Assembly (NCBI GenBank): GCA_026413945.1 | Contig: JAOAJX010000004.1 | Coordinates: forward strand, 32,483 to 96,482 | Length of the DNA stretch: 64,000 nt | Reading direction: 5' to 3' | From: Candidatus Iainarchaeum sp. | GTDB taxonomy: Archaea; Iainarchaeota; Iainarchaeia; Iainarchaeales; DTGL01 | Shown here: in pieces, positions 27,124 through 36,943 of the stretch | Position numbering within the stretch: position 1 is the first letter of the stretch | Layout of the letters: every line of letters starts with the position of its first letter | Notes under the pieces: generated by a model | Told to the model about the DNA's origin: nothing | Database searches by the model: none | Seen by the model: only the letters and a program-made list of their open reading frames with translations | Program-made: the position numbers and the translations under genes

Positions 27124-27919
27124 TATTTTGTTTGAACTGCAAGGAGAAAAAGCAAAAGCATATCTTGCGAAGGGAAAAAGGATAGATGGCCGCTCACTTA
27201 TGGAGTACAGACCAATCTCAATAATACCAAATTTCTCTAAGAACGCAGACGGATCATGTCGTGTTAAAGTCGGGGAAACAGATGTTATTGCAGGTATAAA
27301 GATGGAGATAGGTGCGCCATATCCTGATTCACCCAATGAAGGATCAATAAGTGTTGGTGCTGAGTTTACACCAATGGCATCACCGATATTCGAAACTGGA
27401 CCGCCAGATGAATACTCAATAGAGCTTGCAAGGGTGGTTGATAGGTGCATACGGGAGAGCAAAACGCTTGATTTTAAGCAGCTTCTTATAGAGGAAGCCA
27501 CAAAGGCATGGATTGTCAACATAGATGTATACGTGGTAAATGATGGTGGCAATCTTTTTGATGCAAGCTCTCTTGCAGCACTTGGTGCACTTATTGTTGC
27601 GAAAATACCAAAGATAGAAGGAGATAAGATAGTTAAAAACGAATATTCTGGAAAACTTGAACTTAGCTGTATGCCCTTGCTTACAACATTTTTCAAGATT
27701 GGAAACACAATATTTGCAGATGCAACTATAAGTGAAGAAAAAGCGGCAGATGCGAGGATTTCAGTTGGTTCTACGGAAAATAGGCAAATCTGTGCCATGC
27801 AGAAAGGGCTTGCTGGAAAGTTTACACAGCAAGAGATAGAAAGATGTTTTGAAATGACTTTTGAAAAGGCAGATGAGCTGAGGTCAACTCTTAAAGATGC
27901 CTTAGCAGCAGAAAGCTAA
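27056..27919 (+). CDS. rrp42: Exosome complex subunit Rrp42 (RNase PH-like, inactive)
   Basis: 'KGKRIDGRSLMEYRPISII...ADGSCRVKVGETDVIAGIKMEIGAPY'; the true start is probably downstream (for example TTG at about 27110), because the track ORF overlaps rrp41 by 68 nt. Confidence 0.8.
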   Translation: MRKWNASKARVKTQRRAITLRDDILFELQGEKAKAYLAKGKRIDGRSLMEYRPISIIPNFSKNADGSCRVKVGETDVIAGIKMEIGAPYPDSPNEGSISVGAEFTPMASPIFETGPPDEYSIELARVVDRCIRESKTLDFKQLLIEEATKAWIVNIDVYVVNDGGNLFDASSLAALGALIVAKIPKIEGDKIVKNEYSGKLELSCMPLLTTFFKIGNTIFADATISEEKAADARISVGSTENRQICAMQKGLAGKFTQQEIERCFEMTFEKADELRSTLKDALAAES

Positions 27920-27938
27920 CATTATTTCAAAAGGATGA

Positions 27939-28325
27939 GTGATTTGTATGGGTGATACAAAAAAAGTAAAATATGCCGGTCGTTTTGGGCCGAGGTATGG
28001 AAAAGCCATTAGAGAAAGTATTGTGGAGGTAGAATCAAAACAACGCAAAAAACATACTTGCCCAAAGTGTGAATCAGAATCAGTAAAAAGAATCTCGACA
28101 GGAATTTTCTTTTGCAAGAAATGCAATGCTAAGTTTGCTGGGGGGGCATACACTCCGAACACCATGTCAGGAACAATTGTAAAAAAGATGGTTCGAACAA
28201 AAACATTCTTGCCTATGTTGAAAGAACTCATGGAGCAAACTGAGAAAAAGTTAGAACCGAGGGAAAATAAGGAAAAGCAGGGGAGTCAAAAAATGGAAGA
28301 TAAAAATCAGTTTGATGAGGGGTAG
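27939..28325 (+). CDS. rpl37ae: Ribosomal protein L37ae (eL43) with C-terminal extension
   Basis: 'GRFGPRYGKAIRE...CPKCES...CKKCNAKFAGGAYTPNT' zinc ribbon; about 40 extra C-terminal residues. Confidence 0.8.
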   Translation: MICMGDTKKVKYAGRFGPRYGKAIRESIVEVESKQRKKHTCPKCESESVKRISTGIFFCKKCNAKFAGGAYTPNTMSGTIVKKMVRTKTFLPMLKELMEQTEKKLEPRENKEKQGSQKMEDKNQFDEG

Positions 28326-28333
28326 GTGTAAAA

Positions 28334-28465
28334 ATGTACAAATGCCTTAAATGTGGAAAAGAGTTTGCGGACATGCCAAAAGACCAAGTCAGATGCCCTT
28401 ACTGTGCATATAGGGTTGTACTCAAAGCAAGATCAGAAGTTACAAAAAAGATAAAAGCGAGATAA
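28334..28465 (+). CDS. rpoP: DNA-directed RNA polymerase subunit P (RpoP/Rpc10)
   Basis: 43-aa ORF 'MYKCLKCGKEFADMPKDQVRCPYCAYRVVLKAR...' with a C-x2-C...C-x2-C zinc ribbon; absent from the ORF track because it is under 60 aa. Confidence 0.7.
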   Translation: MYKCLKCGKEFADMPKDQVRCPYCAYRVVLKARSEVTKKIKAR

Positions 28466-28466
28466 G

Positions 28467-28709
28467 ATGCTTGAGCAAATTATTGAATTAAAGCTTCTGT
28501 TTAAAAGCACAGCAGAAGCTAAAATCATATATTGGGCTGTTAAGCCAGATGTGATGAAGCACCAGAGGCGTTCTGAAACAAGGTTCAGAAGAAGCGGTCA
28601 TACTTTAGAAATATTCATAAGAGCTCATGATAAAAATGCACTGAGAGCATCTTTTAATGCAATAATGTCTCATTTATCACTAGCAAAAAAAGTAACTGAA
28701 ATTTGCTAG
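28467..28709 (+). CDS. pcc1: KEOPS complex subunit Pcc1-like
   Basis: 80-aa ORF ending in 'AHDKNALRASFNAIMSHLSLAKKV', matching the Pcc1/CTAG 'ALRAS' signature, at the conserved superoperon position. Confidence 0.55.
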   Translation: MLEQIIELKLLFKSTAEAKIIYWAVKPDVMKHQRRSETRFRRSGHTLEIFIRAHDKNALRASFNAIMSHLSLAKKVTEIC

Positions 28710-28739
28710 GTTTTTTAAATAAAAAACAGAGGTGGTTTT

Positions 28740-29078
28740 ATGACTGAAGAACAGCAAAAGCAGCAAAGAATTATGGAATTCCAAAAAGGGAGAGAGCAGC
28801 TATTAAGCTTGGGGTCCAGGAAACAACAGCTCCAGATGCAACTTGCTATTGTGGACAGCGCACTAGTTGAGCTAAAGGATTCTAAACAAGAGAAAGTTTA
28901 TAAGTTAGTTGGCAATATAATGATCGAAAAAAGCACAAAAGACGCGGAGAAAGAGCTTAAAGAACTCAAGGAGCAACTCGAATCTAAAATAGATACTATG
29001 CAAAAACAAGAAGATTCTCTTATAAACCGCTTAAACAAGCTTAAGTCGCAAATAGAATCAAAAGAAAAAGAAGAGTAA
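28740..29078 (+). CDS. pfdB: Prefoldin beta subunit
   Basis: Two coiled-coil segments flanking the central 'KVYKLVGNIMIEKS' beta-hairpin region. Confidence 0.75.
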   Translation: MTEEQQKQQRIMEFQKGREQLLSLGSRKQQLQMQLAIVDSALVELKDSKQEKVYKLVGNIMIEKSTKDAEKELKELKEQLESKIDTMQKQEDSLINRLNKLKSQIESKEKEE

Positions 29079-29083
29079 TTATA

Positions 29084-30058
29084 ATGGCTGTCAAAGATAT
29101 TTTGCAATTACGTGGAAAAAACATACTTATTATAACGCATAAAGGGGCTGATGTTGATGCAATAGCATCAGCTGCAGTTTTAAGGGCGACCCTTATTAAA
29201 AATAACAATGTTGAAATTGCTGTCCCTGAACATGTAAATAGGAAAGCGAAGGAGATTGCAGAGAACTTAGACATACCATATTCAATGATGCCTGATTTTT
29301 CTCTTTTTCATGCACTTGTTTTTGTTGATCTAAATTCTTATGAAATGCTTGGCCGCTTTGAGGAAGAAGTTAAGGGCTCTAAATGCCAAAAATTTCTTTT
29401 TGATCACCATACTAAAAGCCAGGATGCTATTACAACTAAAGAAAACAGCTTAATAATTGAAGATGCCGCATCAACCACAGAAGTGCTGTCCTACTTCTTA
29501 AAAGATGAGAAAGAAGAAATAAGCGAAGAACAAGCACTTTTAATTGCTTTAGGCATAATTTCTGACACAGATAGGTTTTCTTTTGCAAGCAAAGATACCT
29601 TTGGCATAATTGCAGATATGCTAAAGATTAGTAAAAAAGACTTCAATGAAATTTTAAGCATGGTTTCTGAGCAGAGAAGCTTATCTGAGAAGATTGCAAT
29701 ATTAAAAGCCATGCAAAAAACCGAGATTATAAAGATAGGTGATATAATAATTGCTAAAGGTTGGATAGGTTCGTTTGAGGCACAAGCAGCTGAAGCCTTA
29801 ATAAGCTGTGGCGCTGATGTAGCCTTTGTTGGTGGTGTAACCGACGGCCATGCACGCATTTCTGGAAGGGCTGATTTTTTGTTTGCAAAAAATTATGGCT
29901 TAGACCTTGCAAATGAAATATTTCAGAAGCTAACTCTTTTTTTTGAGGGTCGGGGTGGTGGCCATGCGACTGCAGCTTCTTTCACCGGCAAAGCTCAGGA
30001 CCTAGAAAGAATTATGCAAAAATGCTTGGATCTGATAAGTGAAAGACTCGAAGCTTAA
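29084..30058 (+). CDS. DHH/DHHA1 phosphoesterase (NrnA-like nanoRNase / pAp phosphatase)
   Basis: 'ITHKGADVDAIAS', the 'FDHHT' DHH motif and C-terminal 'GRGGGHATAAS' DHHA1 motif. Confidence 0.7.
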   Translation: MAVKDILQLRGKNILIITHKGADVDAIASAAVLRATLIKNNNVEIAVPEHVNRKAKEIAENLDIPYSMMPDFSLFHALVFVDLNSYEMLGRFEEEVKGSKCQKFLFDHHTKSQDAITTKENSLIIEDAASTTEVLSYFLKDEKEEISEEQALLIALGIISDTDRFSFASKDTFGIIADMLKISKKDFNEILSMVSEQRSLSEKIAILKAMQKTEIIKIGDIIIAKGWIGSFEAQAAEALISCGADVAFVGGVTDGHARISGRADFLFAKNYGLDLANEIFQKLTLFFEGRGGGHATAASFTGKAQDLERIMQKCLDLISERLEA

Positions 30059-30082
30059 TTTGGATTTAGGCAGCTTTAAGAG

Positions 30083-30781
30083 TCAATTATTAGCTTTTTC
30101 AGAATTAAGTGTGTTAACTATATCAATGAGCTCGCTTATATCTTTTAGTTCAAAATCTGGTTTTGTTGATGAGTAGTCATGTACCACTTGCCCATATTTT
30201 GCAAGGGCTGTCTTCATGCCCAATTTTTTTGCACCTAGAATGTCCCTCGCTGGATTATCTCCAACAAAGAGAATCTCTTGCGGTTTAAGATGGAGTGCCT
30301 TTAGGGCTTTTTTGTAGGGGCTTGCATGTGGCTTCATTTTTCCCTTGGGGCCACGAGCAACCACAACATCAAAAAATTCGCAAAGATTCATTTCGGCCAG
30401 ACGCAACCATGCTTGCTTTATTGGTGCATCGCTTACTATGCCTATGCCAATTCCAAGCGACTTTAGTTTTATTAGTGTTTTCCTTGTGTTTGGATAAGGC
30501 GTCAATGATCCCATTTTGGCTTTCCTATATGCTACAATTGCGTTTGCAAGCATTGCATAATCCATTTTTCCGTTTACCTCTTTGATAAATCTATCAAATA
30601 TGCTTTGATTTTCCATTCCATACTTCTCGTACATATCAAAAAGGATCTTAATTCCCTTTTCTTCATCTATCTGCAGACCAGCCTCAATCATTGCTCTTAT
30701 AGCGGCTTCGCTTGCTGCGCGTTTCATCCGCATGAAATCTACTAAAGTGTTATCTAAATCAAATACAACAGCTCTTATCAT
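30083..30781 (-). CDS. HAD-superfamily hydrolase (phosphatase)
   Basis: 'VVFDLDNTLVDF' motif I and 'FVGDNPARDILGAKKLGMKTA' motif IV. Confidence 0.75.
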   Translation of the reverse strand: MIRAVVFDLDNTLVDFMRMKRAASEAAIRAMIEAGLQIDEEKGIKILFDMYEKYGMENQSIFDRFIKEVNGKMDYAMLANAIVAYRKAKMGSLTPYPNTRKTLIKLKSLGIGIGIVSDAPIKQAWLRLAEMNLCEFFDVVVARGPKGKMKPHASPYKKALKALHLKPQEILFVGDNPARDILGAKKLGMKTALAKYGQVVHDYSSTKPDFELKDISELIDIVNTLNSEKANN

Positions 30782-30833
30782 AAAAATCTATACTTATGAA
30801 TAATTTTAAAAGACTCGAGTTTACAAAAAGGTG

Positions 30834-31157
30834 TCATTTCATGTTTTTTATTTTTAGGAAACAGTATTCACATATAAATTTCTTGTTGAAATCAATGCCA
30901 ACTTCACTGTAGTTTCCGCAAAGAGTACATTGAGTCCCTTTTTTTTGTGTCTTCATAGTTGCCCAATCATAAAGCAGTTCCCATGTTACCCAATTTGGTA
31001 GCATTAACTCTTGCATCACACTTTTATCATTGCGTGCTATTCGCTCAGCATAAGTTGTCAGAACATATTTTTCAATGTTCTCTAACCACTTAACACGGTC
31101 AATGTTGCCCTTGCGTGTGAATTCCATTATCTTTTGTTTATAGATTTCTCCTGCCAT
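30834..31157 (-). CDS. Hypothetical protein with C-terminal zinc ribbon
   Basis: 'CTLCGN...CEYC'. Confidence 0.3.
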   Translation of the reverse strand: MAGEIYKQKIMEFTRKGNIDRVKWLENIEKYVLTTYAERIARNDKSVMQELMLPNWVTWELLYDWATMKTQKKGTQCTLCGNYSEVGIDFNKKFICEYCFLKIKNMK

Positions 31158-31214
31158 ATAATCACCAAATAAAGATAAGCGGTATTATTTTTATTTTTTT
31201 GCTTTAAGCGAAAA

Positions 31215-31625
31215 TTACCTTAGATAAACTATTAAACTACGGCTTTTTACTTTTTTTCTTTTTGAGTATTTTTCAAGATAGTGAATGGTGCTTTTTGGTA
31301 TACCAGTAACTTGCTCAATTTCGCGCAAAGGTCTGTGGTCACGGCGCATTTCAATTGCTGCTTTTATCTTAAACAATGGCACGCTAAGTGCATTTCCCCG
31401 CTCGGAGACAATAGCAGTGCATATATTGTTGGCTTCTATGAGCTTTTTTGCATTTTTTGAAAGTCTAGCATGAGAAGTTTTGCTCATAGTTATATTCTTT
31501 AAATTTTTACACTTTTTGATAAGAGATCTGACTCCAGCGGCTGAAATTGGCCTTGTGAGGTGAACCTCCTCAACATCTTTTGGAACATTTCGAACATCGG
31601 CAGCATGACTAATTGAAACTTTCAT
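31215..31625 (-). CDS. Hypothetical protein with C-terminal HTH-like segment
   Basis: 'LREIEQVTGIPKSTIHYLEKY'. Confidence 0.3.
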   Translation of the reverse strand: MKVSISHAADVRNVPKDVEEVHLTRPISAAGVRSLIKKCKNLKNITMSKTSHARLSKNAKKLIEANNICTAIVSERGNALSVPLFKIKAAIEMRRDHRPLREIEQVTGIPKSTIHYLEKYSKRKKVKSRSLIVYLR

Positions 31626-33109
31626 TGCAAATGCGCCTCGGTTGCTTTAAAGGCAAATTCCAAGAATTTTTGCATTTTGTCGTTGAGATCGCGAAATTTG
31701 GCTTTGATATTCTTTGCGCGGACAACAAAAATATCAAAATCATCGGTTTTTTGCAGTTGCTTAGGCCCAGCGACCACTATTTTTGCTTTTGGAATCTCTG
31801 GTGCAAAGCTGTTCAACTCATTTATACAGCTAACCATCATTTCTTTTTTAGTGGCCTTGCATGGCTCTAAAGAGGTTTCAAGCTTTTCCAATGCTTTTTT
31901 TGTAAATTCTCTCGAATCATAAATATTTTCTTTTTCATTTAGAAAAGATTGCATAGCATAGTGGAGCTTTTCAAAGCCATTTCTAAATATATAGTCTCTG
32001 ACAAAAAGCTCTGAAAAGGCATAACCAAAAGTCCTTTTTTCTGAGTTTTCAGCATTCCATTCAGCCATATATGAGGATTCATCATTGTAATATTGGTAAA
32101 GATCGTTGAAATCTCCTGATGGAAAAATTGTGTAGACATAGCGCCCCTCAATATATTTTTTCTCACCAAGGAAAAGGTTTGGCACCTTAATGCCAAGGTT
32201 TTTTGAAACTAGATACTCTATAAACTTTGCAAGGCCTTCGTCAAGCCATACGGCTTTGCTTGAATTCCATGCAAATGCTTTTGCATTGAAACAGTGAGCC
32301 AACTCATGAAGAATCACTGGCAAAGCTGATTTTTTTTCACGCAAAACGCTTTCTTTGAGCAATATAAGGCCGCCATTTACATATATGCCACGGCTATAGT
32401 TGTTAACTCTAGAATTATAATTACTATCGCATAGTATTGCTATAGCGTATATGTCTTGGTCTGGCTCTATGCCTAACACGTTTGGCAATATAAAATATAA
32501 GTTCTCAGCTTCATTGAAAATTTCAGTCAGGTGCGCGTTGCTTATGCTACCATCTTCAAATACAATAAAACGCCCAAATCTTTGGCCAGAGTGAGAATAT
32601 ATAAATCTTACATGTAATGGGCCGTAGCCAACAAGAAAAAGCTCGCCACCCTTTACAGAACCTTTAAAGCCCGGGCTTGCATCAAAGCCATGGATGGGTC
32701 CATGAGCACGAAAATAAAGCTCAGTGTTATCCTCAGCGGCAACAGAAAAATCGAGTATTCTTGCCTGTAAGAATGCTTCTTTTTCAAGCTCTTTATATTG
32801 TGCTTCTATTTTCAAAAGTTCTTCTTTTCTCTTAGCAGATGAGTTTGTCTTCACAAAAAGTTTTCCGTCACGAACTTCATAATTCTTTATATTCCCAATG
32901 GAGTCAGAAATTTTTATTATCCTGTTGCCCTGAAAAGGCATCTCAATTGAAAAATAGTTTATTGGTGTTTCAGAATAAAGGTTAATAGATATTGAAGCAA
33001 TAGCTTCTTGATCCTTTATATTCAGGTTGCAATCAATCCTAGTTATTTTTGAATATGCTGGCAATGTGAAAAAAAACATAAATGCTAGAAATAATGCCTT
33101 TTTCTTCAC
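31622..33109 (-). CDS. Secreted zinc metalloprotease (HExxH...E gluzincin-like)
   Basis: N-terminal signal peptide; 'VILHELAHCF' followed by 'WLDEGLAKF'. Confidence 0.5.
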   Translation of the reverse strand: MKKKALFLAFMFFFTLPAYSKITRIDCNLNIKDQEAIASISINLYSETPINYFSIEMPFQGNRIIKISDSIGNIKNYEVRDGKLFVKTNSSAKRKEELLKIEAQYKELEKEAFLQARILDFSVAAEDNTELYFRAHGPIHGFDASPGFKGSVKGGELFLVGYGPLHVRFIYSHSGQRFGRFIVFEDGSISNAHLTEIFNEAENLYFILPNVLGIEPDQDIYAIAILCDSNYNSRVNNYSRGIYVNGGLILLKESVLREKKSALPVILHELAHCFNAKAFAWNSSKAVWLDEGLAKFIEYLVSKNLGIKVPNLFLGEKKYIEGRYVYTIFPSGDFNDLYQYYNDESSYMAEWNAENSEKRTFGYAFSELFVRDYIFRNGFEKLHYAMQSFLNEKENIYDSREFTKKALEKLETSLEPCKATKKEMMVSCINELNSFAPEIPKAKIVVAGPKQLQKTDDFDIFVVRAKNIKAKFRDLNDKMQKFLEFAFKATEAHLQ

Positions 33110-33236
33110 AAGAAAAAATAAGCATGATTGGATATTTATTAGTTTCCATCACTTTGTAATAGAGGATTCAGTAAAAATGATTCCTTTTTTAAGCTTATTA
33201 TTTTTTATCTCTTATGAAATTAAGCGAGGATTCTTA

Positions 33237-34511
33237 ATGTCTTTTAAGATTACTGGGCTCGGCGCTTGTGGTGAAGTGGGTAGGAGCAGCTTTTTGTTAG
33301 ATTTCGGAGACAAGATACTTTTAGATAGGGGCATAAAGCTAACCCCTGATGAGACTGAATACCCATTGCATGTGCAAAGCCAGTTAGATGCGGCAATAAT
33401 ATCGCACGCACATTTAGATCATTCTGGTGATCTTCCACACCTTTTTACAAAAAACAAGCCAATTGTATATTTAACACCACCGACACTTGATCTTGCAGAG
33501 ATGCTTTGGCATGATTCTCTGAAAATCGCCGGCATCGAGGGAATAGATGCTAAATTTTCAAAGGCAGATATAAAGCGGACTCGCAGATTTTCATTTCCAA
33601 TAGGATACAGGACAAATCTTAGGATTACGGAAAGGGTTTCACTTGAGTTTTTCGATGCTGGCCACATAGTCGGCTCATCTATGGCTAAGCTAAGTTTCGA
33701 TGGAAAATCGCTTCTCTACACTGGCGATTTTAAAGTTGAAGAAACTCGGCTTCTGAAAAAAGCAGATCTTAAAATAGGCAAAGTCGATTATCTTATTATA
33801 GAAGGCACATACGGTGACACGAGCCACCCAAAAAGGCAAAAAATTGAAAAGGAATTTGTCGAGGCATGCTTACAGACAGTTGAGAGAAATGGTGTAGCAA
33901 TTGTGCCTGCATTTGCAGTTGGTAGGTCACATGAACTAATAGATGTCCTTAGCGAGTATAAAGTGGAGGTGCCAGTATACATAGACGGTATGGCACAAAA
34001 AGCAGCAGCCCTAACAATGCGCTACCCGGGATATCTAAAAGACCCTAAAGCATTAAAGAGAGCACTTGAAAAAGCAATTTGGATAAGGAAAGATTCCCAA
34101 AGAAAAAGAGTTATTGAAGAGCCGTGCATAATAATAACTACCGCAGGTATGTGTGAAGGCGGACCAGTGATGAATTATATAAAGAATCTATGCAATGATG
34201 AAAAATCCTCTATATTCCTCACCGGCTACCAAGTTATTGGAACGCAAGGCCGCAGACTTATAGAGGAAGGAGTAATAAACATTGACGGCAAGGATTATAG
34301 GCCAAAATGCGATATAAGAAAATTTGACTTCTCTGCGCATGCTGGGCAAAGTGAGCTATTGCATGCAATAAAAAAGTGGTCTCCTGAAAGGGTTTTTATT
34401 GTGCATGGTGAGCCGGAGAAGATAGAAGCCTTGAAAGATAAAGTAAAGGATGATCTTGGCATAAAGGCCGAGGCACTTGAATTTGGCAAGACAATTAAAG
34501 TTGGTGAGTGA
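33237..34511 (+). CDS. Metallo-beta-lactamase / beta-CASP ribonuclease (aCPSF2-like)
   Basis: 'ITGLGACGEVGRSSFLL', 'HAHLDHSGDLPHLF' and beta-CASP motifs; start set at ATG 33237, since the 70-aa upstream extension in the track ORF is unsupported. Confidence 0.75.
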   Translation: MSFKITGLGACGEVGRSSFLLDFGDKILLDRGIKLTPDETEYPLHVQSQLDAAIISHAHLDHSGDLPHLFTKNKPIVYLTPPTLDLAEMLWHDSLKIAGIEGIDAKFSKADIKRTRRFSFPIGYRTNLRITERVSLEFFDAGHIVGSSMAKLSFDGKSLLYTGDFKVEETRLLKKADLKIGKVDYLIIEGTYGDTSHPKRQKIEKEFVEACLQTVERNGVAIVPAFAVGRSHELIDVLSEYKVEVPVYIDGMAQKAAALTMRYPGYLKDPKALKRALEKAIWIRKDSQRKRVIEEPCIIITTAGMCEGGPVMNYIKNLCNDEKSSIFLTGYQVIGTQGRRLIEEGVINIDGKDYRPKCDIRKFDFSAHAGQSELLHAIKKWSPERVFIVHGEPEKIEALKDKVKDDLGIKAEALEFGKTIKVGE

Positions 34512-35305
34512 TGGGCCTTATAATTTTTATGGAGGAAGCTTTCAAACTCATGCTTAAAGAACCAAAGCTCTTCATTCCAAAAATTATTGTTGCAATAATT
34601 TATAGCATACCTCTTCTCTGGCTGGCTTACCTGCTTGTAAACAATGCAGCACTTTTCGATATTATGGTGAAAGGTGAAATGCCATCGATAAGAGAATTAC
34701 GTTCAATTTCAGAAATTTTTTTGCAGCTTATGCTAATATCTGCAATAACTTTCATTGCTTTTGTAATGGATACGCTTGTAAATGCAATGTATCCTACACT
34801 TTTGAGGGATTATTACAAGAAAAAGAAACTCTCACTAAGAAGTGCATTCTGTGGGTCGCTTAAGAATACTTTCAGAATATTACCTATAGGCCTTGCATTG
34901 GTACTGCTTGTTTCACTGCCAATAAGCATTGCACAAATGTATTTTGCAAAAGCAAGCAAAAGTTTTTTTCATACTGCCATATTTGGGCTTTTTCTAACGC
35001 TTTTGGGTTCGCTTTTCGTTGTCGCAATATTTTACTTTGTTTATCCCACAATAATTTTAGATGATAAACCGGTAAAGTATTGCCTAAAAAAGAACTTCAA
35101 TCTGGTGAAAAAAAATAAAGGCACTGTTTTAAGCGCTTCACTCATATCACTTGCATCAGCAATAGTTTCGCTTGGTTTTTCTTTTGCTGCTGTGCTTCAA
35201 CCTATTTTCCTATTGTTGTTTTTTCTCGAGCGCTTGTTAGTTATTGTCTTGTTTACATATCAAAATGTGCTTAACCAAGTGGTTTACTTTGGTGTGTCAA
35301 AATGA
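34508..35305 (+). CDS. Hypothetical polytopic membrane protein
   Basis: Six or more predicted TM helices; no recognisable motif. Confidence 0.35.
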   Translation: MMGLIIFMEEAFKLMLKEPKLFIPKIIVAIIYSIPLLWLAYLLVNNAALFDIMVKGEMPSIRELRSISEIFLQLMLISAITFIAFVMDTLVNAMYPTLLRDYYKKKKLSLRSAFCGSLKNTFRILPIGLALVLLVSLPISIAQMYFAKASKSFFHTAIFGLFLTLLGSLFVVAIFYFVYPTIILDDKPVKYCLKKNFNLVKKNKGTVLSASLISLASAIVSLGFSFAAVLQPIFLLLFFLERLLVIVLFTYQNVLNQVVYFGVSK

Positions 35306-35982
35306 AGCTCTTCTGCCCAAAATGTGGCTCTGAGAAAGGGCCTTTTATAAACCATTTATGCAAAAGTTGCTATAGTGAAGAAAATGAGTTGGCAGTTGTG
35401 CCAAGAAAAATGTTGTTGCCAAAATGCAAACGCTGTGGCTTGATATTGGTAAAAAGGCATTGGGTTGAAGAAAGCAATGAAAAAATAAAAGTTTTTTTGG
35501 CTGATAACATAAGAAAATTTTATGTCGATGATTGCTCATTAGAGGCAAAATTGGAAAAGGACTTTATTGGATACAAAGGAAAAGTATGCATAAGTGGAAA
35601 AGCTTTTGGAAAAAATGTTGATAAAACATATGAGTTAGAGATAAGATATGAACAAAAACAATGTGATCAGTGCAAAAAAAAGGCCTCTTCTTACTACGAA
35701 GCCGAGATACAAATAAGGGCAGATAAAGAAACCACTGAGAAAATAATTTATTTTATAGAATCTCTTAATGAGATTGAAAAAAGAGATATTGTAAAGAAAA
35801 TCAAAAACAAGAGAGGTGCTGACATTTTTGTTATATCAAACAGAAGTGCAAAAAAAATTGCAAAAGCCATCGAAAGGAGTTTCAAAACATGCTTTAAGGC
35901 ATCTAGCACTTTACGCGGAATTAATAAAAATGGCAAAGAGCAGCTGCGCCATACATATTTAGTTAGGACAGCAAATAAATAA
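35302..35982 (+). CDS. NMD3-family protein (archaeal ribosome export/assembly factor homolog)
   Basis: N-terminal 'CPKCGS...CKSC...CKRCG' zinc clusters and a later 'CDQCKKK' motif. Confidence 0.45.
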   Translation: MKLFCPKCGSEKGPFINHLCKSCYSEENELAVVPRKMLLPKCKRCGLILVKRHWVEESNEKIKVFLADNIRKFYVDDCSLEAKLEKDFIGYKGKVCISGKAFGKNVDKTYELEIRYEQKQCDQCKKKASSYYEAEIQIRADKETTEKIIYFIESLNEIEKRDIVKKIKNKRGADIFVISNRSAKKIAKAIERSFKTCFKASSTLRGINKNGKEQLRHTYLVRTANK

Positions 35983-35995
35983 GTTAGCGCAGGGA

Positions 35996-36718
35996 TTAGA
36001 TCTCAAACTTCTTCAGCGCTTGCTTTATTTCATTTATAGGGGTATTACAAACTAGAAGGGGTATCCTCTCAGTCTCAGCAATCTTCTTCGCAACTTCATC
36101 AATGTTTTTTGGATCATCAGGACCGTGCAATACAACTATTGCTGGCTTCATATCTGTGCTAAAGCGACCTATTTTAACAGCTATCATTGGTGAGCGTCCA
36201 TTTGAAACCTTTTGGAATATAAGCGCACGCGCGGGAGTTCTTCCATAAAGATGCATATACTCATGCACAGGAACATCAATTATAACCTTAAGCGAGTCAA
36301 TGAAAGTGTATCCATAAACCATAGTCTCACTGAGCCTAGCTTCATGAACAATACAACTAGCTTTTATCAATTTGGCAAATTCAGCAGCGGATATTGCTCT
36401 TGTAAATTCATGAATATCAAAAGCTTCTTCGCCGGGGTCAAAATCCTTCAAAAGCTGCCTTACCACGCGGCTTCCTCTTTGGGTATCTATCTCAATGAGC
36501 GCATTTACGAACCTTTTTATAACGCCTATGCCTGGGCTTTTTCTTCGGCCACCTTCGTAGTCGCTTACTGTTGATGGGCTAACCTTTAGATGCTCTGATA
36601 GCTCCGTTTGTGTTATGCCAAATATTTCACGCCATTTTTTCATGCTGCTGCCTGGGTCGCTGCTTAAAGTAATTTCTCCAGCCATTGTTACAGCTAGTTT
36701 CTCTGTAATAAAAATCAC
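35996..36718 (-). CDS. XRE-type HTH putative transcriptional regulator (COG1395-like)
   Basis: 'FGITQTELSEHLKVSPSTVSDYEGGRR' HTH followed by a C-terminal alpha/beta domain. Confidence 0.5.
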   Translation of the reverse strand: MIFITEKLAVTMAGEITLSSDPGSSMKKWREIFGITQTELSEHLKVSPSTVSDYEGGRRKSPGIGVIKRFVNALIEIDTQRGSRVVRQLLKDFDPGEEAFDIHEFTRAISAAEFAKLIKASCIVHEARLSETMVYGYTFIDSLKVIIDVPVHEYMHLYGRTPARALIFQKVSNGRSPMIAVKIGRFSTDMKPAIVVLHGPDDPKNIDEVAKKIAETERIPLLVCNTPINEIKQALKKFEI

Positions 36719-36808
36719 CTAAATATTAATTATAACTGAATATTTAAATTGGTTTCGTCAATCGTCCCTTTTTGGAGAGTTTTTTGACGAAATATTGCAA
36801 ACAAAAGA

Positions 36809-36881
36809 TGGGCCCGGAGGGATTCGAACCCCCGATCTGCAGCTTAGAAGGCTGCTGCCTTATCCACTAGGCTACGAGCCC
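36809..36881 (-). tRNA. tRNA-Arg (TCT)
   Basis: Acceptor GGGCTCG/CGGGCCC, D-arm GCCT-AGTGGATA-AGGC, anticodon stem GCAGC/GCTGC with loop CTTCTAA, T-arm GGGGG-TTCGAAT-CCCTC. Confidence 0.8.
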
Positions 36882-36943
36882 GGCCATTAAAGAATAATAT
36901 TTGAGGCAAATTAAAATAGTTTGCCTTTCAAAGATGTTTTTCC

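Noticed and set aside
33027-33236. 70-aa N-terminal extension of the beta-CASP nuclease ORF
   Set aside because: The extension overlaps the upstream divergent gene end, is hydrophobic or low-complexity, and the conserved 'ITGLGACGEVGRS' N-terminus begins right after ATG 33237.
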